Assembly: GCF_009914755.1 (NCBI RefSeq)
Contig: NC_060931.1
Origin: the human T2T-CHM13v2.0 reference genome, Homo sapiens
DNA length: 64,000 nucleotides
Direction: 5' to 3' (one strand)
Of the stretch, positions 1-17,805 are shown one piece after another. Numbering within the stretch: the first letter of the stretch is position 1; each line of letters begins with the position of its first letter. The notes below the pieces were generated by a model. That model was not told the DNA's origin. It saw nothing but the letters and a program-made list of their open reading frames with translations, and searched no databases. The translations under genes and the position numbers were made by a program.

Positions 1-1145
1 GGATGCATATATATGTAGGATAGCTAGGTCTTCTTGTTGGATTGAACCTTTACCATTATGTAATGCCCTTCTTTGTCTTTTAAATTATTGTTGGTTTAAA
101 GTTTGTTTTGTCTAAAGCAAACTATAGCAAGCCCTGCTTTTTTTCTGCTTTCCATTTGCTTGGTAGATTTTTCTTCATTCCTTTTCTTTCAGCTTATGGG
201 TGTCATCGCATGTGAGATGGGTCTCTTGAAGACACATATGGCGTCTTACTTCTTTATCCAACTTCCACTTTGTGTCTTTTAATTGGAGCATGCATAGTTT
301 TAGCCTGTTTACATTCAAGGTTAATATTAACATGTACAGATATGATTCTGATATCATGTTGTTAGTTGGTTACTATGCAGACTTGATTGTGTGGTTTCTT
401 TGTAATGTTAATGATCTATATACTTAAGTGTTTTTTTTTGTGGCGCCCAGTAACTGTCTTTCATTTCCATATTTAGCACTCCCTTAAGTATTTCTTTTGA
501 GGCAGGTCTTGTGGTATTGAATTCCCTTAGCATTTGCTTGTCCCAAAAGGATCTTATTTCTCCTTTGTGCGTGAAAGCTCTGTTGTTATTTCCTTAGCTT
601 GGTCTGTTCTGCTGTGAATACTTGCAATTGTATTATGAAATTCTTATAGTGTGTTTTTCAGCTCTGTGAGTGAGATCAGTTCTATTCTTTCTTGTAATGA
701 CCATTTCATTTTTCAGCTCCTGTATCATTGCCTTATATTCCTTAGATTTCTTGGATTCAGTTTCAACTTTCTCCTATATCTGAATGATCTTTGTTCTTAT
801 CTGTATTTCTGAAGTGTGTCATTTCAGCCATTTCAGCCTGGTTAAGAACATTTGCTGGGGAACTAGAGCAGTCATGTGGAGGAAAGAAGACAATCTGACT
901 TTTTGAGTTGTCAGAGTTTTTGTTATGGTTCTTTCTCATCTGTGTCAGCTGATGTTTCTTTAACTGTGTTGTAATTTGAATACAGTCAGTTGACTCCTTT
1001 TCTGGATATTTTTAGAGGAAAGAGGCTTTGTGCAGGGTCTTTATTTGTAGTTGATGATAGTTCTGTTTTAAATTCTTTGAGAAATCTCCAAACTGTTTTA
1101 AACTGTGGCTAAACTAATTTACGTTCCTCCAGCAGTGTATACCTT
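1..1145 (-). mobile_element. Degenerate L1 (L1PB/L1PREC-like): ORF2 endonuclease start, ORF1 remnants and an abutting 3' fragment
   Basis: Minus ORF 175-357 (ILTLNVN...CLQETHLTC..THKLK) matches the L1 ORF2p endonuclease N-terminus. ORF1-like sequence lies at 480-1050 and an L1 3'-region fragment at 1055-1145. Confidence 0.85.
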
Positions 1146-1599
1146 TACCATTTTACCAATGTAGTTTTATCACATTTTTGTTAATTCAATGCGCAGGTTT
1201 AGAGTGCTATGTCTATGTTAATAGTGTTCATTTCTTAATTTTGTGGGGAATCAGGATCACATATTCTTTCTTGCACACTGTTCTATTTTTCTTGAGTTAA
1301 TAATTGTCTCATGATTTTCGTTTGACAGTTTTCTATGAATTAATCACCAATTTAACCCATACTTGTCAAACCTGTACAATATTAATATGGTAAAAACGTT
1401 AGATGGTCTATAAATGTATAAATGTCTTCTTCTATTTTTCCTGTTGACTTAATGCTCTATGGTCTTCATGCTCCATTTGTAGTTTTGTGGTCCCCTAGAG
1501 CCAGGGGTCACTCTCTGGTGATTCTTTTACTTATATCCCTGAAGAGTCCCTACTCTGCTTTTCTGTGTTGGAACTTGTTTCCTGGATTCTATGTTTTAT

Positions 1600-2750
1600 C
1601 TTTCTTGGTTTATACTCTTGTTTTAGAGAAGCATATCTTCCAGCAACTTTTTCAGGGAACACTTTGTAGGTAAGTGATTTTTAGAGCTTGTATGTCTTAA
1701 AATGTCTTTTTTTTTTACTCTCAAATTTGATTGGTAATTTAGTTGGGCATAAAAACATAAATTTGAAATTAGTTTGCCTCATGTACCATGGTATATTCAA
1801 TCCAGCATGCCAATATATTGACTCTCTCTGTCTGAAATTTTTAGGCTGAGCTGATAGCTTTTAGCTGTGAGCAACCCTGTCTATTTACTCCAGTATGTCT
1901 GAAAAGTATTTTTATTTATTTATCTCCTGTCTTCAAAAAGTTTGGGAAGAACTTTATTTAGTTTATAGTGTTCTTGTTGATAAACTCCTTAGATAAAATT
2001 TCTAATTTTTCAATGTAGCTTCCCCGCCGCTTTTCCTTCTCACTGATAAACTTTACGTTTCTTTTTTAGTCCAAATATTCTGAGATTGTATGAAGACTTA
2101 AGTTAGTGTGATACTTAAAAATAAACATTTTGGAAAATGTTTTTGGATTACTTCTTTGGTAATTTCAAACCCTGCCTTGTTTTTTTCTTTCTAGAACTCC
2201 TGTTAGCCATCAGTTGAACCCCCTGTATGAATTCCTAACTTTATAATCTTTTAGGATATTTTTTCTTCTACTTTCTGGGATATTTTCTCCATTTGATTTA
2301 AAATACTTCTTTAAAGATTTTTTAAATCATATTTTTAATTTTTGAGAACTTTTTCTTATTCTAAATATGTTCATTAAAATAGTTTTTTTGTTCTTGTTGC
2401 ATCTTCTTTTATCACATTGAGACAGTCCTTTATTTTAAAGTTTATATAAGCATTTTCGATTCCTACTGGTTTTTATTTTTTTCTTTTGTGTGATCTGTCT
2501 TTTATGTGTAAACTTTCCCCAGTTTGTAATGATTCTAGGCTGTTCATTCATATTTAAAAATGAGGCACTAGAATGGTGATGGAAAGTGCCATGTCAAAGG
2601 GGGTGGCTTGTAAAGTGGGAGACATCACTCTAGGATAATCGGGCAGTAAGCCAATCTCCCATAAGATGATTCTCAGTTATTGGCATAGTTGCACATCTTT
2701 TCTTTTAGGTGGTTCAATTTCTCCAAAGCTTACACAATAGAATTCTTGAA
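1600..2750 (-). mobile_element. Ancient L1M/HAL1-like fragments
   Basis: T-rich degenerate sequence resembling old L1 ORF1 in antisense. Boundaries are uncertain. Confidence 0.45.
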
Positions 2751-3783
2751 ATACCTGCTAACAACACACAGATGGAAAGGAATAGACCTGACTGCCAGCA
2801 TTATGGAAACAAACAAAAAATGAGGTGATGAAAATATCATTGTTCAAAAATAACAGGTTAAATTAATCCCCACTATTTCCAGTAATGTTGTTACATCCAT
2901 ACCATCAGCTGTGTCTATTACTGGAAGCTCTGTATCAGTCTGGTTTTATTTCTTCAGACTAGTCAATCTCTAGCTTTCTACTGACATAGGAGAGGAGTGG
3001 ATGCCTGGCTGGGGTGATGGAGAGAGTGTGTTAGAATTCATTCTTGCTCAAAATTTTATCTAAACCCATCTGCATATTTTTAGTTCAACCTCTCATGCTT
3101 ATAGTCAGATGCTTATACCTCTAAGTCATGAGACTTTGGGGGATTCTGTGAAGGAAATTAACTTTACCCTCTTTTGATTTCTTTTTCTTGAAGTTTAAGC
3201 TTAAACTTTTCCTTCTCTGCTATGCCATATACCCCTTGTCTATTTGCTTTCTTCCTTCTAACTCTTTCTCATCTGCCGTTGTTTCCTTTTCCATTCATTT
3301 TATCTATGTGGTTGTATATTTTTATATTATCTACTCTCATTTCAGTGGTGTTTTGGCTCTACTTTTCACTGGATATTCCACAGCTTGATAGGGAAGTCCT
3401 AAGAAAGTCCAAGCTGGTGGGAATTATACACACATTTAGAGGTGTATGTCAGCATAGAGGTCTGGTGTACAGAGCAGATAACAATTTGAGTTGTTTGAAC
3501 CAGAACTTGTGGAATGAGTGGAATTTGACAGCTAGCAACTGAAAGAAGAGTGTTCAAATACTTGCTTGATATAGTCTCCTCACAGACATCAGACACACAA
3601 ATCTTTCCATGTTGAACTTTGAAATATTATAGCTTTGAGTAAATGAATGTATCATAAAAATTTTTCATCATGATACACAGACATGGGTAAGGTGAGATGA
3701 ATAATAACTGAAGTAAATTAATAGACTGTGTGTTCTCTTTTGCTTGTGTTGCATGTATTGTGCACACCTGATTTGCTTACATC

Positions 3784-3945
3784 TTTGCTACTCAAAGTGT
3801 GATCCCTGGACCACAGTATCAACATCATCTGGATCTTGTTAGATATGTAGAATTGTGGCCCCATCTCAGACCTACTGAATCAGAGTATGCATTTTAAGAA
3901 GACGCCTAGATGACTTGTAAGCACAGGAAAGTTTGAGAAGCACTG
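3784..3945 (+). mobile_element. MER5A1 (hAT-Charlie MITE)
   Basis: gctactcaaagtgtg...cagacctactgaatcaga...aaagtttgagaagcactg termini and core. Confidence 0.85.
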
Positions 3946-4149
3946 GCTGTTGTTATGCATTCATCATTAGGTTATACATTCTTTATTTCCTCCTTTTCCT
4001 ATTAGAACAAAACAAAACAACTACACATGATAAGTATGTGGTATAATAGAGACATCATTTATTCTAGTCAATACATTATCTGTGGTTACTTAAATTCATG
4101 GAGTGCAGTTTTATGATGCAGATAAAGCATGAACTGTTTGGTGTTTTGG

Positions 4150-4335
4150 CATGGGTTTTGGAAGCAGATGGACTTGGTAGCAAACATTGCATTTGACACA
4201 GATTCTTAATTACTTTTACCCTTGGTAAAATAAAAATTTACATAGTTTTCTTTACTGAGTTCTTATGAAGATTAAATAAAATGATGTTTCTAAAATGCTT
4301 AGCACAGTATCGTAGGCACATGCAATTAATATTAG
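4150..4335 (+). mobile_element. MIR fragment
   Basis: atgaagattaaataaaatgatg...aatgcttagcacagt resembles the MIR 3' core. Confidence 0.6.
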
Positions 4336-4462
4336 TACCCTTTTCTTCCTCACCGAAATGAGTGTCAAAATTTTAAGGCATTACAACTAATGGCCAGGGA
4401 ATTTGATATGGAAGATTTTATTTACCTATTTTGTTTAAAAAATTATTTGATACTGTTGAGCT

Positions 4463-4562
4463 TTTTAAATTTTTTAATTTTTATGGATACATAGTAGGCA
4501 TGTATATTTATGAGTAACATGAGATATTTTCATACAGGCATGCAATGTGTAGTAATCACATC
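4463..4562 (-). mobile_element. Short L1MA 3'-end fragment
   Basis: ttttatggatacatagtagg...atacaggcatgcaatgtgtagtaatcacat is an L1MA-type 3' terminus. Confidence 0.7.
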
Positions 4563-9167
<4,605 letters not shown>

Positions 9168-9559
9168 ACCTTTAACTCTTTTGGGTGTTTTCTTCCATGG
9201 TCTCAGGTAGTTTCCTCAAATGCCTGTGTTGATTATTACTCATCTGAATACTCAAGCGAAGCACACTGACAATTTCCTTGCCTTGTGCAGCCTTCTCTGG
9301 CACTCTGTCCTGTGGTTTCTAGCTGTCTTTCAGAGTCTAAGCTTTTTCCCAACTCAGCACGTCCACTGGACTCTGGTGCAGTCTCTCCTTCCTGTGCCAT
9401 GGCCTGGACTCCCTTAAAGCAGCAAGCTGGGATAATCATAGGTCTCGCTCTGTTGTTTACTGCCTTTCATGGATCAGTATATTACATTGCTCGATGGCCA
9501 GTGACTGGTACCTCATCTTGTCTGGAAGCACAAGTCAAATTAGAAGATTCCTACTCATC

Positions 9560-9582
<23 letters not shown>
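9560..9582. repeat. Poly-T (23 nt) about 105 nt upstream of the exon 16 acceptor
   Basis: Read directly from the sequence. Confidence 0.95.
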
Positions 9583-9592
<10 letters not shown>

Positions 9593-9688
9593 ACCATATT
9601 AGGTGAACTACTCTAGCATTTTTCACTTTATTAGATTTGTCTGTTATAACCAGTTTATAATTAATGTAGAAAATGTCTTTTTATTTAG

Positions 9689-9803
9689 CTTTTCCTGAGG
9701 AATCTCCTTGTTTTGAAGAAAACATGGATTGGAAAATGATCAGTGATAATTATTTTCAATTTTTGAATAACTTACTCAAGTCTCCAACAGCTTCCATATC
9801 CAG
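9689..9803 (+). CDS. ABCA13: ABCA13 coding exon (exon 16), 115 nt, phase 1 to 2
   Basis: tttatttAG|CT acceptor and CAG|GTAAGT donor. Encodes (A)FPEESPCFEENMDWKMISDNYFQFLNNLLKSPTASIS(R) and joins the next exon in frame. Confidence 0.93.
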
Positions 9804-10364
9804 GTAAGTTATCAGAATCCAACTTCTAGGTCTTGATTTAATTATCATCTGAAGATAATCAAAACCTAATTATAGGATATGCACTCTTTAAAATTTATGA
9901 GCCTGATTTAGATATTGACACAATCTTTCATATGAGCTGTTCAATAAATATTCCTTTAATAGAGTGTGTGACTCAAGTATCAAGTTGTTTAATAGAATGT
10001 ATGACTCAATGGATTTTGAAAGGAAATACAGATCGTAGTAAGAAGATTTTCCTTCAATAATAACATGATTTATAATAGATGCTCCAAAAATAAGGTATTT
10101 GTTTTGAAAAATTGTCTTAGCTAGTTACCTAGAGTTTAAGCAGGAAATCAATTCTATAGATTCTGTTAGTTTCAAAGACTCCTGGGAGAGAGAAGTGGTC
10201 TTTGGAACTAAATTTGTCGGACTATTTTCTGCTGTCCTATTTCAGCACGTGTATTGAAATGCAGATTTTTATGTCTGGTTATGAATAGTGTGTCCAGTTT
10301 AAAGGTATACTCGGTTATTTGTGGGGTGTATTGGAACATGATGGGAGAGATGTTTTGCATAAGA

Positions 10365-10540
10365 GCAGTAACGCTCAAACTTGAGAATGGATTAAATCTG
10401 TGAAGACTGCTAAAAATAAAAATGTCTGCACCTTGCCCCAGTCATATGAAATCTTGCTCTGTGTACAGGACCCAGGTTTCTATATATTTCACACATTCTA
10501 TAGGTGGTTCCAGTGCACACCAAAGTTGGAGAACCATTCT
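10365..10540. mobile_element. MER5-family hAT-Charlie remnant
   Basis: cagtaacgctcaaactt ... caaagttggagaaccatt degenerate termini. Confidence 0.6.
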
Positions 10541-10879
10541 GCTATATCTGTCTAGAATGGGGATTAGTCATTCCTATGGAACTTCTTAAGCCCAGCTATT
10601 AGTAGGAACAGAAGAAAGGACAATGGGATGGATCCTCTAGAGAATCAATTCCTTGCTTAGGTCAGATTTTTAATTCCTCTTTCCTGAAAGCCTCAAAAAT
10701 TTAATAGCCCTAGAAAACCAGCACAAAACTAGTCTATATGTGCACAAGGACACATTTAATTTTATATTTGTGGACCCATAGCAGTTGGCACAGTGTCTTT
10801 CATCATGGATAGTGGTAGATAATTAGATGTTGATTTAATGAATGAAAAATCATTGAACATTAAGTGCAATTTATATTAA

Positions 10880-11066
10880 GAAAGCTGAACTTGAAATGAC
10901 AAAACCTGGGTCGTCTCCTAGTCATGCCACATAATAACAGCTTGAACCTGTCAATTAAAAAAATAAAAAGTTTCTTTTTTCATGAAAGGGAAATAATGAC
11001 GTGTACTTCAAAAGGCTGTTGTAGGAATGAACTAAGATAGTAGTTGTGAAAGTGCTTTATAAACTA
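10880..11066 (+). mobile_element. MIR/MIR3 fragment
   Basis: gttgtaggaatgaactaagat...tgtgaaagtgctttataaact resembles a MIR 3' end. Confidence 0.55.
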
Positions 11067-11541
11067 AATTACTAAAGTAATATAAAAACGTGGCAATAAT
11101 ACTATTAGTACTACTTCTACTTCAATTTATTATTCTATTGCTACTCCATAACCCTCTCAGTTCCCAATACAAATAAGTTTTATATTCTCCTCTATCAAGG
11201 CACAATGACTTGGATGGTAGTTAGGCATCTATTCTTAGGGAGGGCTGGATTTAGGCAAGGTTTATGTTGAATTCCTAATAGAACTTTCCCTTTTCTGATG
11301 GGATTTTTTCCCTAGGAATTATTTCAAAGAAGCCATTCTGTCCTAAAAATAACAACTAACTAAATTAAGACCATATTTTTGTGTGGGGTGCTCAGGTCTC
11401 AGCTATCAGGGAAGTAAACAGCATTCTTGCCTTTGATAGGTCTTATGTCTGTCCTATGTCAGACAGTGTGTTATACAACAAGAGCAGAGGGTTAAAAAAC
11501 TTAGGAAGTAATTTACCCTGTAAGGCATAAATAGCCAATAA

Positions 11542-11865
11542 AGGTCAAAAATTCCTTACCCACAATTCTGAACTCTTACAAAGTCTGAAAATAGAGGCTT
11601 TTCTTATGGTTGACATCACAACTCATTCAGCAAAGATTTATCATGAACTGATGTGAAGCAGTTTCAAGTGTATTATCCTGCGTCGCGAGATCATTCACAG
11701 GTCTCACTGCGAAAGTGTTAATACGGTGATGATCAGGGCTGTCCCAGCCCTCACTGAGATGCATGAATACATATCTGATACCTGTATCATGCTACATTTC
11801 TAAAGGATGAACATCCTGAATTCTGAAACACATGTAACCCCAAGAATGTCAAAAGTGGACTTGTA
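11542..11865 (+). mobile_element. TcMar-Tigger MITE (MER46C-like)
   Basis: aggtcaaaaattccttacccacaattctgaa ... cctgaattctgaaacacat...gtggacttgta. Confidence 0.65.
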
Positions 11866-12492
11866 AGTTCTGAGTTAGTAGAAGTTAGTTCTGCAAGTGT
11901 GGATTTCTATTACAAGAGGGGACTTACAGTGTCTGAGTTGCTCTTCTGAGAACTCTGTATTTTAAAATTAAACACCTGGCGATAAGCTACCCCATATATA
12001 ATAATGAGTTTCTGACAGTAGGATGTATATAGTATTGTTGAAAGAGCACTGGAATTTGCCTTCCAGGACTGGGAGTGCCCACACCTTGCTGAAACCCTAC
12101 AGGCATGGTTTCTAATGCACTCCACTATCTGTGCTACCTTTACATGCCAAGACATTTTGAAATGGAATTAAATCCTAAGATTCTTCTGGCATAAATAGCA
12201 AACTTATCTTTAATAATCATACATATTATTGTTAAATATGCCAGGGGAAAATAATTGAGAATGCTTTCTTTTTGGTGGTAGGAAACATTTTAAGCTAAAT
12301 ATATATAACTTCATTGTGCATTTCTAAAACACTTTCAAATCCTCACATTAGTTTAATTTCTGTTGGAAATCATGTTGTCTATTAAATGTTTCATTTGTGT
12401 TTTACTATCAATAAATGAGTATTAACTTGGAAATTTGATAAATCAAATTTATTTTTTTATTTTATACTAAAATAATTCTATTAATATTACAG

Positions 12493-15400
12493 GGCTTTAA
12501 ATTTCACAAAGCACCTTCTAATGATGGAAAAGAAGTTGCACACCCTTGAGGATGAACAAATGAACTTTCTTTTATCATTTGTGGAATTTTTTGAGAAATT
12601 ATTGTTGCCTAATCTTTTTGACTCCTCCATTGTTCCCAGTTTCCACAGCCTCCCATCTCTCACAGAGGATATTCTGAATATAAGTTCTCTGTGGACAAAT
12701 CATTTAAAAAGTTTAAAGAGAGACCCATCTGCCACTGATGCTCAGAAACTCTTGGAATTTGGCAACGAAGTGATTTGGAAAATGCAGACTCTCGGAAGTC
12801 ACTGGATAAGGAAGGAACCAAAAAATCTTTTGAGATTCATAGAATTAATACTTTTTGAAATTAATCCCAAATTACTAGAATTATGGGCCTATGGCATTTC
12901 AAAAGGAAAAAGAGCTAAATTGGAAAACTTCTTTACACTTTTAAATTTTTCTGTTCCAGAAAATGAGATTCTGAGTACAAGTTTTAACTTTTCCCAGTTG
13001 TTCCATTCAGATTGGCCTAAATCACCAGCTATGAACATAGATTTTGTACGTTTAAGTGAGGCTATAATAACTAGTCTCCATGAATTTGGATTTTTGGAGC
13101 AGGAACAGATCTCAGAAGCTCTGAACACAGTCTACGCTATCAGGAATGCATCTGATCTTTTCTCAGCCCTTTCTGAACCACAAAAACAAGAAGTTGATAA
13201 AATTTTGACTCACATACACCTAAATGTCTTCCAGGACAAGGATTCAGCTTTACTTCTGCAAATTTATTCTTCATTTTACCGATATATTTATGAATTATTG
13301 AATATTCAGAGTAGAGGCTCTTCGTTGACTTTCCTTACACAAATCTCAAAACACATTTTGGATATCATAAAACAATTTAATTTCCAAAACATCAGTAAAG
13401 CATTTGCATTTTTATTTAAGACAGCAGAGGTTCTTGGGGGAATTTCTAATGTATCTTACTGTCAGCAATTGCTTTCAATTTTTAACTTTTTGGAGCTTCA
13501 GGCCCAATCCTTCATGTCTACAGAGGGCCAAGAACTGGAAGTGATCCACACTACTTTGACAGGCCTCAAACAGCTGCTCATAATTGATGAAGATTTTCGT
13601 ATTTCTTTATTTCAATATATGAGCCAATTCTTCAACAGTTCAGTAGAAGACCTATTGGATAATAAATGCTTGATTTCGGACAATAAACACATTTCTTCCG
13701 TAAATTATTCAACAAGTGAGGAGTCTTCATTTGTTTTTCCATTGGCACAAATTTTTTCAAACCTCTCAGCAAATGTCAGTGTGTTCAACAAGTTTATGTC
13801 CATTCACTGTACCGTTTCATGGCTTCAAATGTGGACTGAAATCTGGGAAACCATATCTCAATTATTTAAGTTTGACATGAATGTTTTCACATCTCTTCAT
13901 CATGGTTTCACTCAGCTTTTGGATGAATTGGAAGATGATGTGAAAGTCTCTAAAAGCTGCCAGGGTATACTTCCCACCCATAATGTTGCTAGACTCATAT
14001 TAAATTTGTTTAAAAATGTAACTCAAGCCAATGACTTCCATAATTGGGAGGACTTCCTGGATCTCAGGGATTTTTTGGTAGCTTTAGGTAATGCATTAGT
14101 TTCAGTAAAAAAACTTAACTTGGAGCAAGTGGAGAAATCCCTTTTCACCATGGAAGCTGCCCTGCATCAGTTGAAGACATTTCCATTCAACGAAAGTACA
14201 AGCAGAGAGTTTTTAAATTCTCTGCTTGAAGTTTTCATTGAGTTTAGCAGTACCTCAGAATATATAGTCAGAAATCTAGATTCAATAAATGACTTTCTTT
14301 CAAATAATCTCACAAATTATGGAGAAAAATTTGAAAATATCATCACTGAGCTAAGAGAAGCAATAGTATTTCTTAGAAATGTATCACATGATCGAGATTT
14401 GTTTTCCTGTGCTGATATTTTCCAAAATGTTACTGAGTGTATTTTAGAAGATGGCTTTTTATATGTAAATACCTCACAGAGGATGTTACGTATTCTAGAC
14501 ACGTTAAATTCCACATTTTCCTCTGAGAACACAATTAGCAGTCTGAAAGGATGCATTGTATGGTTAGATGTCATAAACCATTTGTATTTGTTGTCTAACT
14601 CCAGTTTTTCACAAGGTCGTCTTCAAAATATTTTGGGGAATTTCAGAGATATAGAAAACAAAATGAACTCTATATTAAAAATTGTAACTTGGGTGTTAAA
14701 TATAAAAAAACCTCTTTGTTCATCAAATGGCTCACATATAAATTGTGTCAATATTTACTTGAAAGATGTAACTGACTTTCTAAATATTGTACTTACTACA
14801 GTCTTTGAAAAAGAGAAGAAACCTAAATTTGAGATTTTATTAGCTCTTTTAAATGATTCCACAAAGCAAGTAAGGATGAGTATCAACAACTTAACAACAG
14901 ACTTTGATTTTGCATCTCAGTCCAATTGGAGATATTTTACTGAATTAATTCTAAGACCAATAGAAATGTCAGATGAAATTCCTAATCAGTTTCAAAATAT
15001 TTGGCTTCATTTAATAACACTGGGGAAGGAATTTCAGAAGCTTGTAAAAGGTATTTACTTTAACATCCTGGAAAATAATTCCTCTTCTAAAACTGAAAAC
15101 TTGTTAAACATATTTGCCACCAGTCCAAAAGAAAAGGATGTAAACAGTGTAGGCAATTCCATTTATCACTTAGCTAGTTACCTTGCCTTCAGCTTATCTC
15201 ATGACCTCCAAAATTCACCAAAAATAATAATTTCACCTGAAATAATGAAAGCTACAGGTCTTGGTATTCAACTGATAAGGGATGTGTTCAACTCCTTAAT
15301 GCCTGTAGTTCATCACACTAGTCCACAAAATGCAGGTTATATGCAAGCTTTGAAGAAGGTAACTTCTGTCATGCGTACCCTTAAGAAGGCAGACATAGAC

Positions 15401-17271
15401 CTTTTAGTGGATCAGCTTGAACAAGTTAGTGTAAACCTAATGGATTTCTTTAAGAATATCAGTAGTGTGGGAACTGGCAATTTAGTGGTCAATTTGCTTG
15501 TTGGCTTGATGGAAAAATTTGCAGACAGCTCACATTCTTGGAATGTTAATCATCTGCTGCAGCTCTCACGCCTGTTTCCTAAAGATGTTGTGGATGCTGT
15601 GATAGATGTGTACTATGTGCTTCCTCATGCTGTAAGGCTCCTGCAGGGAGTACCTGGTAAAAACATCACTGAAGGCCTCAAGGATGTCTACAGCTTCACA
15701 CTCCTTCATGGCATAACCATTTCAAATATCACCAAGGAAGACTTCGCAATTGTGATAAAAATTCTTTTGGATACAATTGAATTAGTATCAGATAAGCCAG
15801 ATATTATTTCAGAGGCTTTAGCTTGTTTTCCTGTGGTTTGGTGCTGGAATCACACAAATTCTGGATTTCGGCAGAATTCAAAGATAGACCCCTGCAATGT
15901 CCATGGTCTCATGTCTTCTTCCTTTTATGGCAAAGTGGCCAGTATACTTGATCATTTCCACCTGTCTCCCCAAGGTGAAGATTCACCATGTTCAAATGAA
16001 AGCTCCCGAATGGAAATAACTAGGAAAGTGGTCTGCATAATTCATGAATTAGTGGACTGGAATTCTATTCTTCTGGAGCTCTCTGAAGTCTTCCATGTTA
16101 ACATTTCTCTTGTGAAAACTGTGCAGAAATTTTGGCATAAGATATTACCGTTTGTCCCACCTTCAATAAATCAAACTAGGGATAGCATCTCTGAACTCTG
16201 TCCTAGTGGTTCCATAAAGCAAGTTGCTTTGCAAATCATAGAAAAACTTAAAAATGTCAACTTTACAAAAGTTACATCAGGTGAAAATATTCTTGACAAA
16301 CTAAGTAGTTTAAACAAGATCCTTAACATTAATGAAGACACAGAGACATCTGTTCAAAATATTATTTCCTCAAATTTGGAAAGGACAGTACAATTGATTT
16401 CTGAAGACTGGAGCCTAGAAAAAAGTACGCATAATCTACTCTCTTTATTCATGATGCTCCAGAATGCAAATGTCACAGGTAGCAGTTTAGAAGCATTATC
16501 AAGTTTTATTGAAAAAAGTGAAACACCTTACAACTTTGAAGAACTATGGCCCAAGTTTCAACAAATCATGAAAGACCTAACCCAAGATTTTAGAATCAGA
16601 CACCTGCTTTCTGAAATGAACAAAGGAATCAAAAGTATAAATTCAATGGCTCTTCAAAAGATAACTTTGCAGTTTGCCCATTTCCTGGAAATCCTGGATT
16701 CACCGTCATTGAAGACATTAGAAATTATTGAAGATTTTCTATTGGTCACAAAAAACTGGCTTCAGGAATATGCAAATGAGGATTACTCCAGAATGATAGA
16801 AACATTATTCATTCCTGTGACCAATGAGAGTTCAACTGAAGATATAGCTTTGTTAGCCAAAGCTATTGCTACTTTTTGGGGCTCTTTAAAAAATATATCT
16901 AGAGCAGGCAATTTTGATGTTGCCTTTCTTACCCATCTGCTAAATCAAGAACAGCTGACTAATTTCTCAGTTGTTCAGCTGCTTTTTGAAAACATCCTAA
17001 TTAATTTGATCAATAACTTAGCTGGGAATTCTCAGGAAGCAGCTTGGAACTTAAATGATACTGACCTTCAAATAATGAATTTCATTAACCTTATCTTGAA
17101 CCATATGCAGTCAGAAACTAGTAGGAAAACAGTTCTCTCTCTGAGAAGCATAGTAGATTTCACAGAACAGTTTTTGAAAACATTCTTCTCCCTTTTTCTA
17201 AAGGAAGATTCTGAGAACAAAATATCTCTTCTGCTGAAATATTTCCACAAAGATGTTATTGCAGAGATGAG
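12493..17271 (+). CDS. ABCA13: ABCA13 giant coding exon (exon 17), 4,779 nt, phase 2 to 2; ECD1
   Basis: Contains the 1584-aa ORF 12521-17275. Acceptor ttacAG|G at 12491-12492; donor GAG|GTGAGT at 17272. The ORF's ATG and TGA are internal/intronic, not true ends. A ~4.8-kb exon is a known ABCA13 hallmark. Confidence 0.97.
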
Positions 17272-17805
17272 GTGAGTATACTTTTGCTTTGTGTCATATA
17301 TGCAGTTGCGATATATCTCAAACTACTTTATTTTCTGGAGTATAGACATGTCAAAAACAGTATTTGTATCTAATACCTTTGAAAGATCTTTGATGTAAAT
17401 TTGTCTTAATAAATATTTTATCAAAATGTCAAGGTAAAAGAATTTTGATTACTGTCATCTAGTAAAATATAAACCCAGCCCAGGGTAATTAATCACGTAT
17501 TATTCTTACATTTTTAGATTATGAAAACAATTATGAATTCTATTTTATATGGATCTGAAAAATTAGTTTTCATAGCTGTACATGCATATACAGGATTGAC
17601 ATAATTTGAATTGCTATACTAACTGTCTAATCACCAACTAGGGGCTTAAGTATTCTCAACCCAATGAATCTACTGTGGTATTTGCATTTAGAGACATAAA
17701 AATTGATAATCACATTATCTTCTTTTCATATATCTTTAAAAATCTCGTTTGAAGTTTGCCAGTGAAAAGGCTGGAGGGAAATTCCAATTTATTCCATGAT
17801 GTCTG

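Noticed and set aside
14618-14620. Codon CGT (Arg, in FSQGRLQ), where I recall His in the database protein
   Set aside because: Rests on memory only and needs alignment to RefSeq/UniProt. At most a CpG-site SNP.
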